Part shown: positions 16,245 to 24,992 of the stretch, piece by piece
How the letters are laid out: every line of letters starts with the position of its first letter
How positions within the stretch are numbered: the first letter of the stretch is position 1
Virus record (IMG/VR): IMGVR_UViG_3300023232_000001
Location: 1-51,645 of that record
Source of the DNA: a virus
Taxonomy: Duplodnaviria; Caudoviricetes
DNA: 51,645 nucleotides
Reading direction: 5' to 3' (one strand)
Program-made: the position numbers and the translations under genes
The notes under the pieces: model-generated
Database searches by the model: none
Seen by the model: only the letters and a program-made list of their open reading frames with translations
Told to the model about the DNA's origin: nothing

Positions 16245-16897
16245 TGGAAGAAGAGAAAAAAAGGGATTGGGAGAAGGGAACAGCAGCACCTATTCCGGAT
16301 AATAAATATGAAAAATTCAAAGAAGAATTAAAAGAATATAGCAAAAAGTATTCGGATAGAAATTTCACTCTATTTATGTTGGCAAGAGCAACAGGATATA
16401 GATTAGGGGATCTAGTCGGATTAACTGTAGGGCAAATAGAAGATGCGCTTGATGAAGGACGTTTTTTAATTCAGGAAAGTAAGCAGTACAAGCAATGGCT
16501 ATCTAATTTAAGTAAATATCCCAATAGGCCATGCCCTAAAAAAAGAGATGCTGATATAGAAAAACCATTAAGAGATGTATTAGAAAAATATATAGCTAAA
16601 AAGAAGAGAAAAGATTTCGCATTTCCTTCAAATAAAGGAGATGGAAGTGAATATATTAGTCCAAAATCATATAGTGCAATACTTACTGCAGTTGGAAAGA
16701 AAATGAATCTGAGGCATATAAGTGGACATAGTCCTAGAAAAACATATGCGACAAAGATATATGAAAAGTCAGGGCATGATATTGAGACTGTTAGGATAGC
16801 TTTAGGACATAAAAGCATAGAGGAAACAAAACTATATTTAGGAACAAAAAATAAGATGAAAAGGGATGCTGCAAAGATGGCTGCAGAAGGAATTTAA
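16244..16897 (+). CDS. Short tyrosine recombinase (catalytic domain only)
   Basis: TGYR.GDL, HSPRKT, LGHKS..ET..Y; 217 aa, no arm- or core-binding N-terminal domains. Confidence 0.92.
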   Translation: MEEEKKRDWEKGTAAPIPDNKYEKFKEELKEYSKKYSDRNFTLFMLARATGYRLGDLVGLTVGQIEDALDEGRFLIQESKQYKQWLSNLSKYPNRPCPKKRDADIEKPLRDVLEKYIAKKKRKDFAFPSNKGDGSEYISPKSYSAILTAVGKKMNLRHISGHSPRKTYATKIYEKSGHDIETVRIALGHKSIEETKLYLGTKNKMKRDAAKMAAEGI

Positions 16898-17275
16898 GTT
16901 AATGGAAATAAATGTATAGGTAAAAAACAAACTGGTGCTTATAGTAGGGGTAAATAAAAAATATCTACTAATATAAGAGACTAAAAAAAGATATCAGTAA
17001 TTCTCCCCCTTATTACCTTTTGTAAGAGAAATGGGAAAACCTTCTTAAAGCCTTATATATCAATGCTTTTAAAGTTGTATGGTTATAAATGAAAAATCAA
17101 AAAATGAGTAAGCAAGAAATTATATATAAAACAGACTCGGTTCAACTCAATTATTTTACTCGTTACGTATTGGAGTTAAAGGGCTTACTTAGATTTCATT
17201 ATATAAAAAATTATATATATATTATTCAAGAGCAATGTGTAGATTTGACATAGTAACTTTAAGGAGGAATTAGAA

Positions 17276-18031
17276 ATGGATTTTGGAGGAAGAAAAGAAA
17301 TATTTAGAGCCTTAGTTGGTTCTCATAATTATAATTTAAATACTGAAACAAGTGATAAAGATTACAAAGTGTTTGTAGCACCAACTTTTGATGATTTATA
17401 TTTTAATAATCAATTTAGTAAATCATATATAGGACAAGTAGAGGATTTTGATGTACATGATATAAGAAAAACAAGTTCTTTATGGTGGAAAGCAAATGTT
17501 AATTTTCTTGAAGTTCTATTCTCGGAAGAAAGTTCCATTAATCTAAAATTAAATGCTGACAGTAAAAGTTGTTTAACAACCATATTTAGACATAGAGATG
17601 AAATTGCAAAAATGAACTTACCTTATCTTTATGATGCTTGTATTGGAATGCATATCATTAAAAAGAAACAAGTAGATAAAGGTACAGAGGGTACACAATA
17701 TCTACTTGAGAAATATGGATATGATACTAAACAAGCAATGCATAGTTTAAGAATACTTGATTTTCTTCATAGGTTTGCACAAAGTGACTTCAATGATTTT
17801 AAATATGCAATAAAATATGACTTGAATGACCAACAAGATTGGTATGGGAAATATCTATTATCTGTTAAAGCAGGAGAGTTATCAAAATACGAATATATAA
17901 AGGAATCTGAGTACCAATTAAAATGGATTGAGGATACTTTTAAGACTTTATATAAAGAGCAAAAACCAAATGAAGAAACCAACCAATATTTATTAAAAAT
18001 GATAAAACAAATAGTAAAGAATGAACTATAG
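17276..18031 (+). CDS. Pol-beta-superfamily nucleotidyltransferase (RlaP/Nuc-transf-like)
   Basis: GSHNYNLNTETSDKD, N.NFLEVL, GYDTKQAMH.LR. Confidence 0.8.
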   Translation: MDFGGRKEIFRALVGSHNYNLNTETSDKDYKVFVAPTFDDLYFNNQFSKSYIGQVEDFDVHDIRKTSSLWWKANVNFLEVLFSEESSINLKLNADSKSCLTTIFRHRDEIAKMNLPYLYDACIGMHIIKKKQVDKGTEGTQYLLEKYGYDTKQAMHSLRILDFLHRFAQSDFNDFKYAIKYDLNDQQDWYGKYLLSVKAGELSKYEYIKESEYQLKWIEDTFKTLYKEQKPNEETNQYLLKMIKQIVKNEL

Positions 18032-18198
18032 TAATTCGCAATACTAATAAATAGGGGAAATCAAATGAGTATCAAAATTAACGCAGAAAGAAAAAGTATT
18101 AAAAGTTATTGATATTCTATTTTAAATCTGATATATTTACAGTATCAAATAAAACGGTCGTTAGAATAAATACTATATTTTAATATGAGGTGAAAGAT

Positions 18199-18900
18199 AT
18201 GAATAAAATATATGGTTATTGTAGAATATCAACTAACAAGCAATCAATTGAGAGACAACATAGAAATATATTATCAGAATATCCAAACTCAATGATAATC
18301 GATGAAGTATTTACTGGAACAAAAATTGAAACTAGAAAAGAACTTACAAAATTATTAAGTAAGATATCTGAAGGAGATATAATAGTTTTTGATTCAGTAT
18401 CACGTATGAGTAGAAATGCTGATGAAGGATATAAACTATATGAAGATCTATTCAATAAAGGAATAGAATTAGTATTCTTGAAAGAGCAGCACATAAATAC
18501 ATCGACATATAAGAAAGCATTAACTAATAATATAGAAATGACTGGAACTAATGTTGATTTCATATTAGAGGGAATAAATAAATATTTATTAGCATTGGCC
18601 AAAGAACAAATTAAATTAGCGTTTATTCAATCAGAAAAAGAAGTCGAAGATCTTCATCAAAGAACAAAGGAAGGTATAGAAACAGCAAGATTAAATGGTA
18701 AGCAAATAGGGCAGAAAAAAGGCATTAAGATTATAACTAAGAAAAGCGTTGAAGCTAAAGAACATATTTTGAAGTATAGTAAGGATTTTCAAGGAACTCT
18801 AAATGATATTGAGGTTATGAAATTAATAGGACTTGCAAGGAATACCTATTATAAATATAAAAAAGAGTTAGTTCAAGAATTAGAAACAGATATAAATTAA
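18199..18900 (+). CDS. Serine recombinase, resolvase/invertase family (1 of 4)
   Basis: YGYCRIST..Q..RQ, DSVSRMSR, C-terminal HTH RNTYYKY. Confidence 0.92.
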   Translation: MNKIYGYCRISTNKQSIERQHRNILSEYPNSMIIDEVFTGTKIETRKELTKLLSKISEGDIIVFDSVSRMSRNADEGYKLYEDLFNKGIELVFLKEQHINTSTYKKALTNNIEMTGTNVDFILEGINKYLLALAKEQIKLAFIQSEKEVEDLHQRTKEGIETARLNGKQIGQKKGIKIITKKSVEAKEHILKYSKDFQGTLNDIEVMKLIGLARNTYYKYKKELVQELETDIN

Positions 18901-18915
18901 AGAGGGGGTTGAAAT

Positions 18916-19958
18916 ATGTTTTATCAACAGCTCTCATTATTCAATGAAATAGAAAAATGTAGATATGGAAACGCAATATTAAAATGTCAATTTTGTGGTG
19001 CTGAAGGAACAACAGATGATTTTGAATTAGATTTTATAAATAATAATGGTTTTTGGTGCCCGGATTGTGATGGACATACCTTTTTCAATAAAGAAGATAA
19101 CAATAAAAGAAAATTCACTCTTATACTAGAAGATAAAAGTAAAAGACATATAGTTCATTATAAAGCTCCTATTAAGTTTAATAAAAGGATTTCTCCTTTG
19201 CGATATCCTGGGGGAAAGAGTAAGTTAACAGATTACTTATATTCAAAGCTACAAGAAAGCAAATGTAATACATTTGTTGAGGCTTGTTCAGGAGGAGGGA
19301 GTTTAGGTTTAGCATTATTAGAAGCTAATGTTATTGACAAGCTGATATTGAATGATGTAGATTATGGAATTTACTCATTATTCTATCTTGCAGTTAATAA
19401 TCCATCTGAACTTATTAGAATGATACAAGAGATTACTCCTGGTTATTTAGATTTTTACAATGCTCAAGAAATCGTAAATGGCCAATATGATAGTTGTAAT
19501 ATACTAACTGCAGCTTGGAGCTGTTTAGTCGTAAATAGGTTAGCTTTTTCAGGTATATGTAAAGCTGGACCGCTTGGAGGTAAAAAAGATAAAAACATTG
19601 ATAAATTGTTATCAAGATGGAATTCAACAGTTTTAATTAATAGAATAAATCAAATTCACAATATGAAATCAAGGATAGAAGTTTCCAATATAGATGCAGA
19701 AGAACTTATTGAGGAAATGTATTACTTAGAAAATACAACTATCTTTATAGATCCACCATATTTTGAAATAAAGGTAAAGACCTATATAATTGTTATTATA
19801 CTACTGAGGATCATATATCACTTGCAACATTATTAGATACATTGCATATGGGAATACCTGGTGCAGATATTATTTTAACATATGATAATCAAAAGTATAT
19901 TAAAGAACTTTATTATTGGCCAATGATAGAAAAAATAAGTAGAGTATATTCAATTTGA
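18916..19958 (+). pseudogene. Dam-like (D12 class) N6-adenine methyltransferase with N-terminal Zn finger; frameshifted after DPPY
   Basis: SPLRYPGGK, DPPY; expected C-terminus (KGKDLY..DH..LA..LTYDN) continues in the -1 frame from about 19768 to TGA 19958. Confidence 0.8.
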
Positions 19959-20006
19959 TTTTAAGCAGTAACACACAATATTAATATGATAATTAATGTA
20001 TAGAAT

Positions 20007-20042
20007 AAAAGCACTTGGTAATTAAATATCAGGTGTTTTTAT
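20007..20042 (+). terminator. Intrinsic terminator
   Basis: AAAAGCACTTGGTA..TATCAGGTGTTTTT. Confidence 0.65.
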
Positions 20043-20084
20043 TGTGTACATAATTAAATTATGAGAAATTTGGAGGGTGAAATT

Positions 20085-20597
20085 ATGAAGTATTGTTATC
20101 AATGTGGAGCTAAATATGAAGGGAATCAATGTCCTAATTGTTCAAGCACAATATATACTGAAAAGCCTAATACACAAACTAGTATAAAATATCTAATAAC
20201 TGATGTAACAGGAAGTTTAGGTTTTTTAGTAAATGATTTAACTAGAGAAATGGACACATATTTAACATATGAAAGTGAAGGATATTTAACAAACAACTAT
20301 ATCTATGATAAATACAAAAATAAATGGTCAATAAGATGTATAGGGGCAACAAGGGGGCACATTCAAGTTAATGAAAATAATATAATTCAGGAAATAGAAT
20401 TATATAGGGATTCAGATTCGATATATAAATCAGAAATTAGAGAATGTTTTGAAAAGTACATTGGAATGCAGATTGAAATTAAAAATAAATTATCAATTAA
20501 TAGAGATTTTTCTCATAAATCATCCCCATTTGAAAATATAGCGGCAGCTATGTTAGAACTTATTGCAGAAAATAATGGGAGGGAAAATAATGAGTGA
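20085..20597 (+). CDS. Hypothetical protein with N-terminal zinc ribbon
   Basis: MKYCYQCG..CPNC; RBS GGAGGG. Confidence 0.65.
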   Translation: MKYCYQCGAKYEGNQCPNCSSTIYTEKPNTQTSIKYLITDVTGSLGFLVNDLTREMDTYLTYESEGYLTNNYIYDKYKNKWSIRCIGATRGHIQVNENNIIQEIELYRDSDSIYKSEIRECFEKYIGMQIEIKNKLSINRDFSHKSSPFENIAAAMLELIAENNGRENNE

Positions 20598-21054
20598 AGC
20601 TGTCCAAATAACATTTAGTATATGTGCAACAATAATAATATGTATATTGATAGTCAGTATTAATTTTAGAAATTCATTTGAAAAAGATAAGCCAAAACAA
20701 AAGGAACACGTTAATATTAAAATATGTATACCCCCAATATATCCACGTCCACCAAAACTAGGAACTGGAGCGATAATTTCATCAGAAAAAAGCGAAGAAG
20801 ATATTAAAGTATCAAATGAAAGAAGTGAAATAAAAGAAGTGAATGGAATGGAGATTGTTTTACAAAGTACTTTTATAAAAGGATATTCTAAGGAACCATT
20901 AAAGAAACATAAAAATAGAAGAATTCAAAAGAAGTGGAATAAAAAGTATGGATTTAAACCTATACCAGATCCACAAATATATTTTATAAATAATAAGATA
21001 ATGGGCCATCCTGAAACAATCAGAAAAATGCTAAAAGCAATACCTGATTTATAG
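20590..21054 (+). CDS. Hypothetical membrane-anchored protein
   Basis: N-terminal hydrophobic helix ITFSICATIIICILIVSI. Confidence 0.6.
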   Translation: MSEAVQITFSICATIIICILIVSINFRNSFEKDKPKQKEHVNIKICIPPIYPRPPKLGTGAIISSEKSEEDIKVSNERSEIKEVNGMEIVLQSTFIKGYSKEPLKKHKNRRIQKKWNKKYGFKPIPDPQIYFINNKIMGHPETIRKMLKAIPDL

Positions 21055-21235
21055 AAAAATTTAGTGTCTATAAATCATATGAATTGATAAACAAAGAATA
21101 AGAGAGTAAATTAAAGAGAAAGTGTAGATAAATAGGAGTAATTATTTATTATTAATGTCTATGATATTTGTATATGATTTTATAGACAGTTATAATAATA
21201 TCATAAGATAAGTTAATCGAAAGGGATTGATAATT

Positions 21236-21865
21236 ATGATATTTGGATATATGAGAATTTCTACACAAAAGGAAAAGCAAACAACTGACCGCCAAAGAAT
21301 AACTTTAGAGCAGTATGCAGCAGCTAATGAATTTACATTTAATGAATTAGTTGAAGAAAGAATTTCAGGAACAATTCAAGCAGATCATAGACCACAATTT
21401 TCTATGTTAAAATCAAAACTTAGAAAAGAGGATATATTAATTATCACCGATATTGATAGGCTAGGAAGAAATGCTGATGATGTTATAATGGAATTTAAAA
21501 AGCTAAAAGTTGAAGGAATAAGAATAATTGCTCTTGATACTCCTTATTTAAATGAATGGGAAAAGATTCAAGATTCTAGCATTTACAATATGATAGCAGA
21601 TATATTTATAACACTTAAGGCACATATGGCCCAACAAGAAAGAGAAAAGATAGTTTCACGTATAAATCAAGGGTTAGCGGTAGCAAAAGCTAGTGGAACA
21701 CAATTAGGGAGACCAAAAGCTGAGTTATCAGATGATTTTATAAAACAATATGATAAATTTAAAAAAGGCGAATATGGGAATATTTCAGCTAGTGGATTTG
21801 CGAAAATGTTAGGCATTGGCAGAAGTACTTTATATAAATATATAAAAATATATGATGAACAATAA
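21236..21865 (+). CDS. Serine recombinase, resolvase family (2 of 4)
   Basis: FGYMRIST..Q..RQ, DRLGR, LGRP, GRSTLYKY. Confidence 0.93.
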   Translation: MIFGYMRISTQKEKQTTDRQRITLEQYAAANEFTFNELVEERISGTIQADHRPQFSMLKSKLRKEDILIITDIDRLGRNADDVIMEFKKLKVEGIRIIALDTPYLNEWEKIQDSSIYNMIADIFITLKAHMAQQEREKIVSRINQGLAVAKASGTQLGRPKAELSDDFIKQYDKFKKGEYGNISASGFAKMLGIGRSTLYKYIKIYDEQ

Positions 21866-21868
21866 AAG

Positions 21869-21900
21869 TAAGCACCTACAAATTTCTTGTAGGTGCTTTT
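21869..21900 (+). terminator. Intrinsic terminator
   Basis: AAGCACCTACAA-attt(c)-TTGTAGGTGCTTTT. Confidence 0.85.
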
Positions 21901-22033
21901 AGTATGCTATAAGCCAGTAGAAATTCAATTTAATTTAATTTGTGAAAGTGAGGTGATTTTCCTCCACCTCACAATATATAGTATTCTACTGGTTTATTAT
22001 AAATAATATTTTTATTTGGAGGTAATTAGTATT

Positions 22034-22849
22034 ATGAGAAAACCAAGAAGCCCTAATAGGGATAAAGCATTTGAAATTTATAAAGAACATAATGGGAAGA
22101 TTACTCCAAAAGAAATAGCAGAAATGTTAGAGGAAAAATTAGTTAATGTGTATGCATGGAAGAGAAATGATGAATGGGGAATAAAATTAAATGGTAAGGT
22201 AGGAGCTCCGAAGGGGAATAAGAATGCAGTAGGCAATAAAAGCGGAGCTAAGAAAGGGAATCTTAATAATCTTAAACATGGACATTATTTTGATCCTACA
22301 AAACATTTAGATAAGTCTTTCTTAAAAAAATATCTTCCAACAGTAACCAGAAATATAATAAAAGGAACAGCTGATGCTGGACTTAATTCACTAGATATTT
22401 TATGGACTAATATCCAATTACAATTTGCTGCAGTTATAAGCAGCCAAAAGATAATGGAAGTTAAGAATAAAAAGGAAATGATAAAAGAGCTTAAAAAGAC
22501 TAAGGTTCAAAATGAAATTCAAGAAGATAAGAATGGTAATGAAGTTAAAGTTGAAGTGTATAGAGAAGAGGAATATGAATTTCAATTTGCATGGGATAGA
22601 CAAGCAACTTTTTTAAATTCACAAAGTAAGGCAATGGCCACGTTACAAAATATGATAAGTAAGTATGAAGAACTACTTCATAAAGATTGGAATTTAGCAA
22701 CAGAAGAGCAGAAGCTAAGAGTTCAGAAACTAAGAGAAGAAATTAAGATTATGACTGGTGACGAGGATACAGAAGTTCCTGATGATGGATTTATAAAAGC
22801 ATTAAATGGTTCAGCTGAGGAGGATTGGTCAGATGAAGAAAATAGCTAG
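22034..22849 (+). CDS. terS: Terminase small subunit
   Basis: R.RSPNRDKAFEIY HTH, GAPKGNKNA, LKHG; directly upstream of terL. Confidence 0.88.
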   Translation: MRKPRSPNRDKAFEIYKEHNGKITPKEIAEMLEEKLVNVYAWKRNDEWGIKLNGKVGAPKGNKNAVGNKSGAKKGNLNNLKHGHYFDPTKHLDKSFLKKYLPTVTRNIIKGTADAGLNSLDILWTNIQLQFAAVISSQKIMEVKNKKEMIKELKKTKVQNEIQEDKNGNEVKVEVYREEEYEFQFAWDRQATFLNSQSKAMATLQNMISKYEELLHKDWNLATEEQKLRVQKLREEIKIMTGDEDTEVPDDGFIKALNGSAEEDWSDEENS

Positions 22850-24164
22850 AGTAGTTTTTAAATTCAAGCAATTTTCTAAAAGACAAAGGAAGATATTGAA
22901 TTGGTGGACAGAATCTAGTCCTGTAAAAGATTATGATGGAATTATAGCTGATGGAGCTATTAGAAGTGGTAAAACTATTGCAATGTCAATAAGCTTTGTA
23001 ATGTGGGCCATGGAGAGCTTTAGTTATCAAAATTTTGGTATGTGTGGTAAAACAATAGGAAGCTTTAAACGTAATGTATGGTTTTGGTTAAGGTTAATGC
23101 TTTGGAGCAGAGGTTATAAAATAAATAAGTACTCTGAAATGGGCGATAATGTTTTTATAATAAGCAAAAATAAAAAAAGTAATTATTTTTATATTTTTGG
23201 TGGTAGAGATGAAGCATCCCAAGACACTGTACAAGGTATTACATTGGCAGGGGCATTCTTTGATGAAGTTGCGTTAATGCCTGAATCATTTGTTAACCAA
23301 GCCACAGGGCGTTGTTCTGTAGATGGAAGTAAATATTGGTTTAACTGTAATCCAAATGGACCATTACATTGGTTTAAAGTTAATTGGATTGATAAGTCTA
23401 TAGGATATTTAAGTAAGTCTGAGCAGGAAGAATTAAGAGCTAAGGACATAGCTCTTAAAAACATATTGTATCTTCATTTTACAATGGACGATAATTTATC
23501 GTTAACTGAAAGAATAAAACAACGTTATAGAAGCCAGTATATAGGAGTATTCTTCAAGCGTTACATATTAGGATTATGGGTAATGGCCGAAGGTGCTATA
23601 TTCGATATGTGGAATGAAGAAAATGAAATAACAGAAGAGCAACTACCAACAAACGTAAAAAGTAATACTAGATATATAGTTATTGATTATGGTACCACTA
23701 ATCCAATGGTGTTTTTAGATACTTACGATGATGGAGATACCATTTGGATTCCTAGAGAGTATTACTATGATAGTAAAGTGGCTCAAGCTCAAAAAACAGA
23801 TAAGCAATACGCAGATGATTTAGTGAAGTTTGTTGAGGAAGGACCACATCCAAGATATATAATATTAGATCCTTCCGCTGCAAGTTTTAAAGCTGAATTA
23901 AGAACTAGAGGATTAAGAATTAAAGATGCAGACAATGAAGTTTCTGATGGTATAAGAATGACTGCTACAATGATTTCACAAAGAAAAATTAAAATGGTAA
24001 AAGATAAATGTAAAAGATCTATAGGAGATATAATTTCTTATATCTGGGATGAAAAAGCAGCACAAAGAGGCGAAGAAAAACCAGTAAAAGTTGCAGATCA
24101 TGGAGCGGATTGCATAAGGTACCTTATTAAGACAATTATTAAACCTAGAAGATTAGCGAAATAG
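22833..24164 (+). CDS. terL: Terminase large subunit (PBSX type)
   Basis: Walker A GAIRSGKT, Walker B FFDE, NCNP, DYGTTNP, DPSAASF, DH..D..RY. Confidence 0.96.
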   Translation: MKKIARVVFKFKQFSKRQRKILNWWTESSPVKDYDGIIADGAIRSGKTIAMSISFVMWAMESFSYQNFGMCGKTIGSFKRNVWFWLRLMLWSRGYKINKYSEMGDNVFIISKNKKSNYFYIFGGRDEASQDTVQGITLAGAFFDEVALMPESFVNQATGRCSVDGSKYWFNCNPNGPLHWFKVNWIDKSIGYLSKSEQEELRAKDIALKNILYLHFTMDDNLSLTERIKQRYRSQYIGVFFKRYILGLWVMAEGAIFDMWNEENEITEEQLPTNVKSNTRYIVIDYGTTNPMVFLDTYDDGDTIWIPREYYYDSKVAQAQKTDKQYADDLVKFVEEGPHPRYIILDPSAASFKAELRTRGLRIKDADNEVSDGIRMTATMISQRKIKMVKDKCKRSIGDIISYIWDEKAAQRGEEKPVKVADHGADCIRYLIKTIIKPRRLAK

Positions 24165-24352
24165 GAAATAATGTTCAATGTGTAAAGAAAAACATTTGTT
24201 AAGACTTACATTTACATTTAACAAATCTATGGTCTTAAAATGGCTAAAATAGGTTATAAACATTAACAATTTAGTTTACAACGTTTTTCTTTACAATTAT
24301 AAAAAATAAGAATATAATTAACTCAAGAAGTGAATGAGGGGATTGAGTTAAT

Positions 24353-24952
24353 ATGATATTTGGATATTGTAGATGTTCAACCAATGAATCTAAGCAAGAT
24401 ATAAGTAGACAAGAAAGAGATTTAAAAGCATTAGGTGTTACAGAGAAAAGAAATGTATATAAAGAATATGAAAGCGGTACTAAGCTTAATAGAGTTCAAT
24501 TACAAAGGCTCTTAGATATAGTTGCTGAAGGGGACACTATTGTATCTACAGAAGTATCCAGAATTACAAGAAGTACAAAGCAGCTATGTGAAATAATAGA
24601 ATTTGCAAAGAATAAACGTTTGAGGCTTATATTTGGAACATTCATCGTTGATTGTACAAAAGAACTAGACCCAATGACAGAAGGAATGCTTAAGATGATG
24701 GGTGTATTTTCTGAGATAGAAAGAAATATGATAAGTCAAAGAGTTAAAAGTGGAGTGGCTAATGCAAGAGCTAAAGGTAAAATTGTAGGACGGCCACGAT
24801 TAACATTCAAAAAGATACCTCAGAAGATAAAAGATTTATATGATATATATGATAATGGAACTATTAGTAAAACAGATTATGCTAAGATGTGTAATGTATC
24901 AAGGCCGACACTAGATAAATATTTAAATATAATAAAAGAAGGATGTGTTTAA
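24353..24952 (+). CDS. Serine recombinase, resolvase family (3 of 4), between terL and portal
   Basis: FGYCRCST, SRITRS, GRP, SRPTLDKY. Confidence 0.93.
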   Translation: MIFGYCRCSTNESKQDISRQERDLKALGVTEKRNVYKEYESGTKLNRVQLQRLLDIVAEGDTIVSTEVSRITRSTKQLCEIIEFAKNKRLRLIFGTFIVDCTKELDPMTEGMLKMMGVFSEIERNMISQRVKSGVANARAKGKIVGRPRLTFKKIPQKIKDLYDIYDNGTISKTDYAKMCNVSRPTLDKYLNIIKEGCV

Positions 24953-24969
24953 AGCGCATCCTTCTTTTA
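24935..24969 (+). terminator. Intrinsic terminator after resolvase 3
   Basis: AAAGAAGGATGTG..GCGCATCCTTCTTTT. Confidence 0.75.
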
Positions 24970-24992
24970 TTATGTTGAAAGGAGGAAATAAA

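Larger units (their letters stand above)
10430..19985 (+). repeat. Dispersed boundary motif TAR-TNCRYAAT-AC(TA), about 10 copies at gene ends
   Basis: 8-mer cores start at 10433, 10762, 12190, 12595, 13217, 13618, 14117, 14434, 18035, 19972. Confidence 0.75.

Noticed and set aside
16244-16897. Tyrosine recombinase as the prophage integrase
   Set aside because: 217 aa, lacks N-terminal binding domains and lies mid-genome; no att duplication seen at window ends
10804-19958. Restriction-modification system
   Set aside because: Both methylases are orphan; no endonuclease recognisable nearby
20041-20048. Inverted copy of boundary motif (ATTGTGTA)
   Set aside because: Overlaps a terminator tail and lacks flanking consensus; probably coincidental
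18199-24952. Tn3-family transposon or large serine integrase
   Set aside because: No transposase or terminal inverted repeats; proteins are 200-235 aa with a C-terminal HTH, lacking recombinase/zinc-ribbon domains
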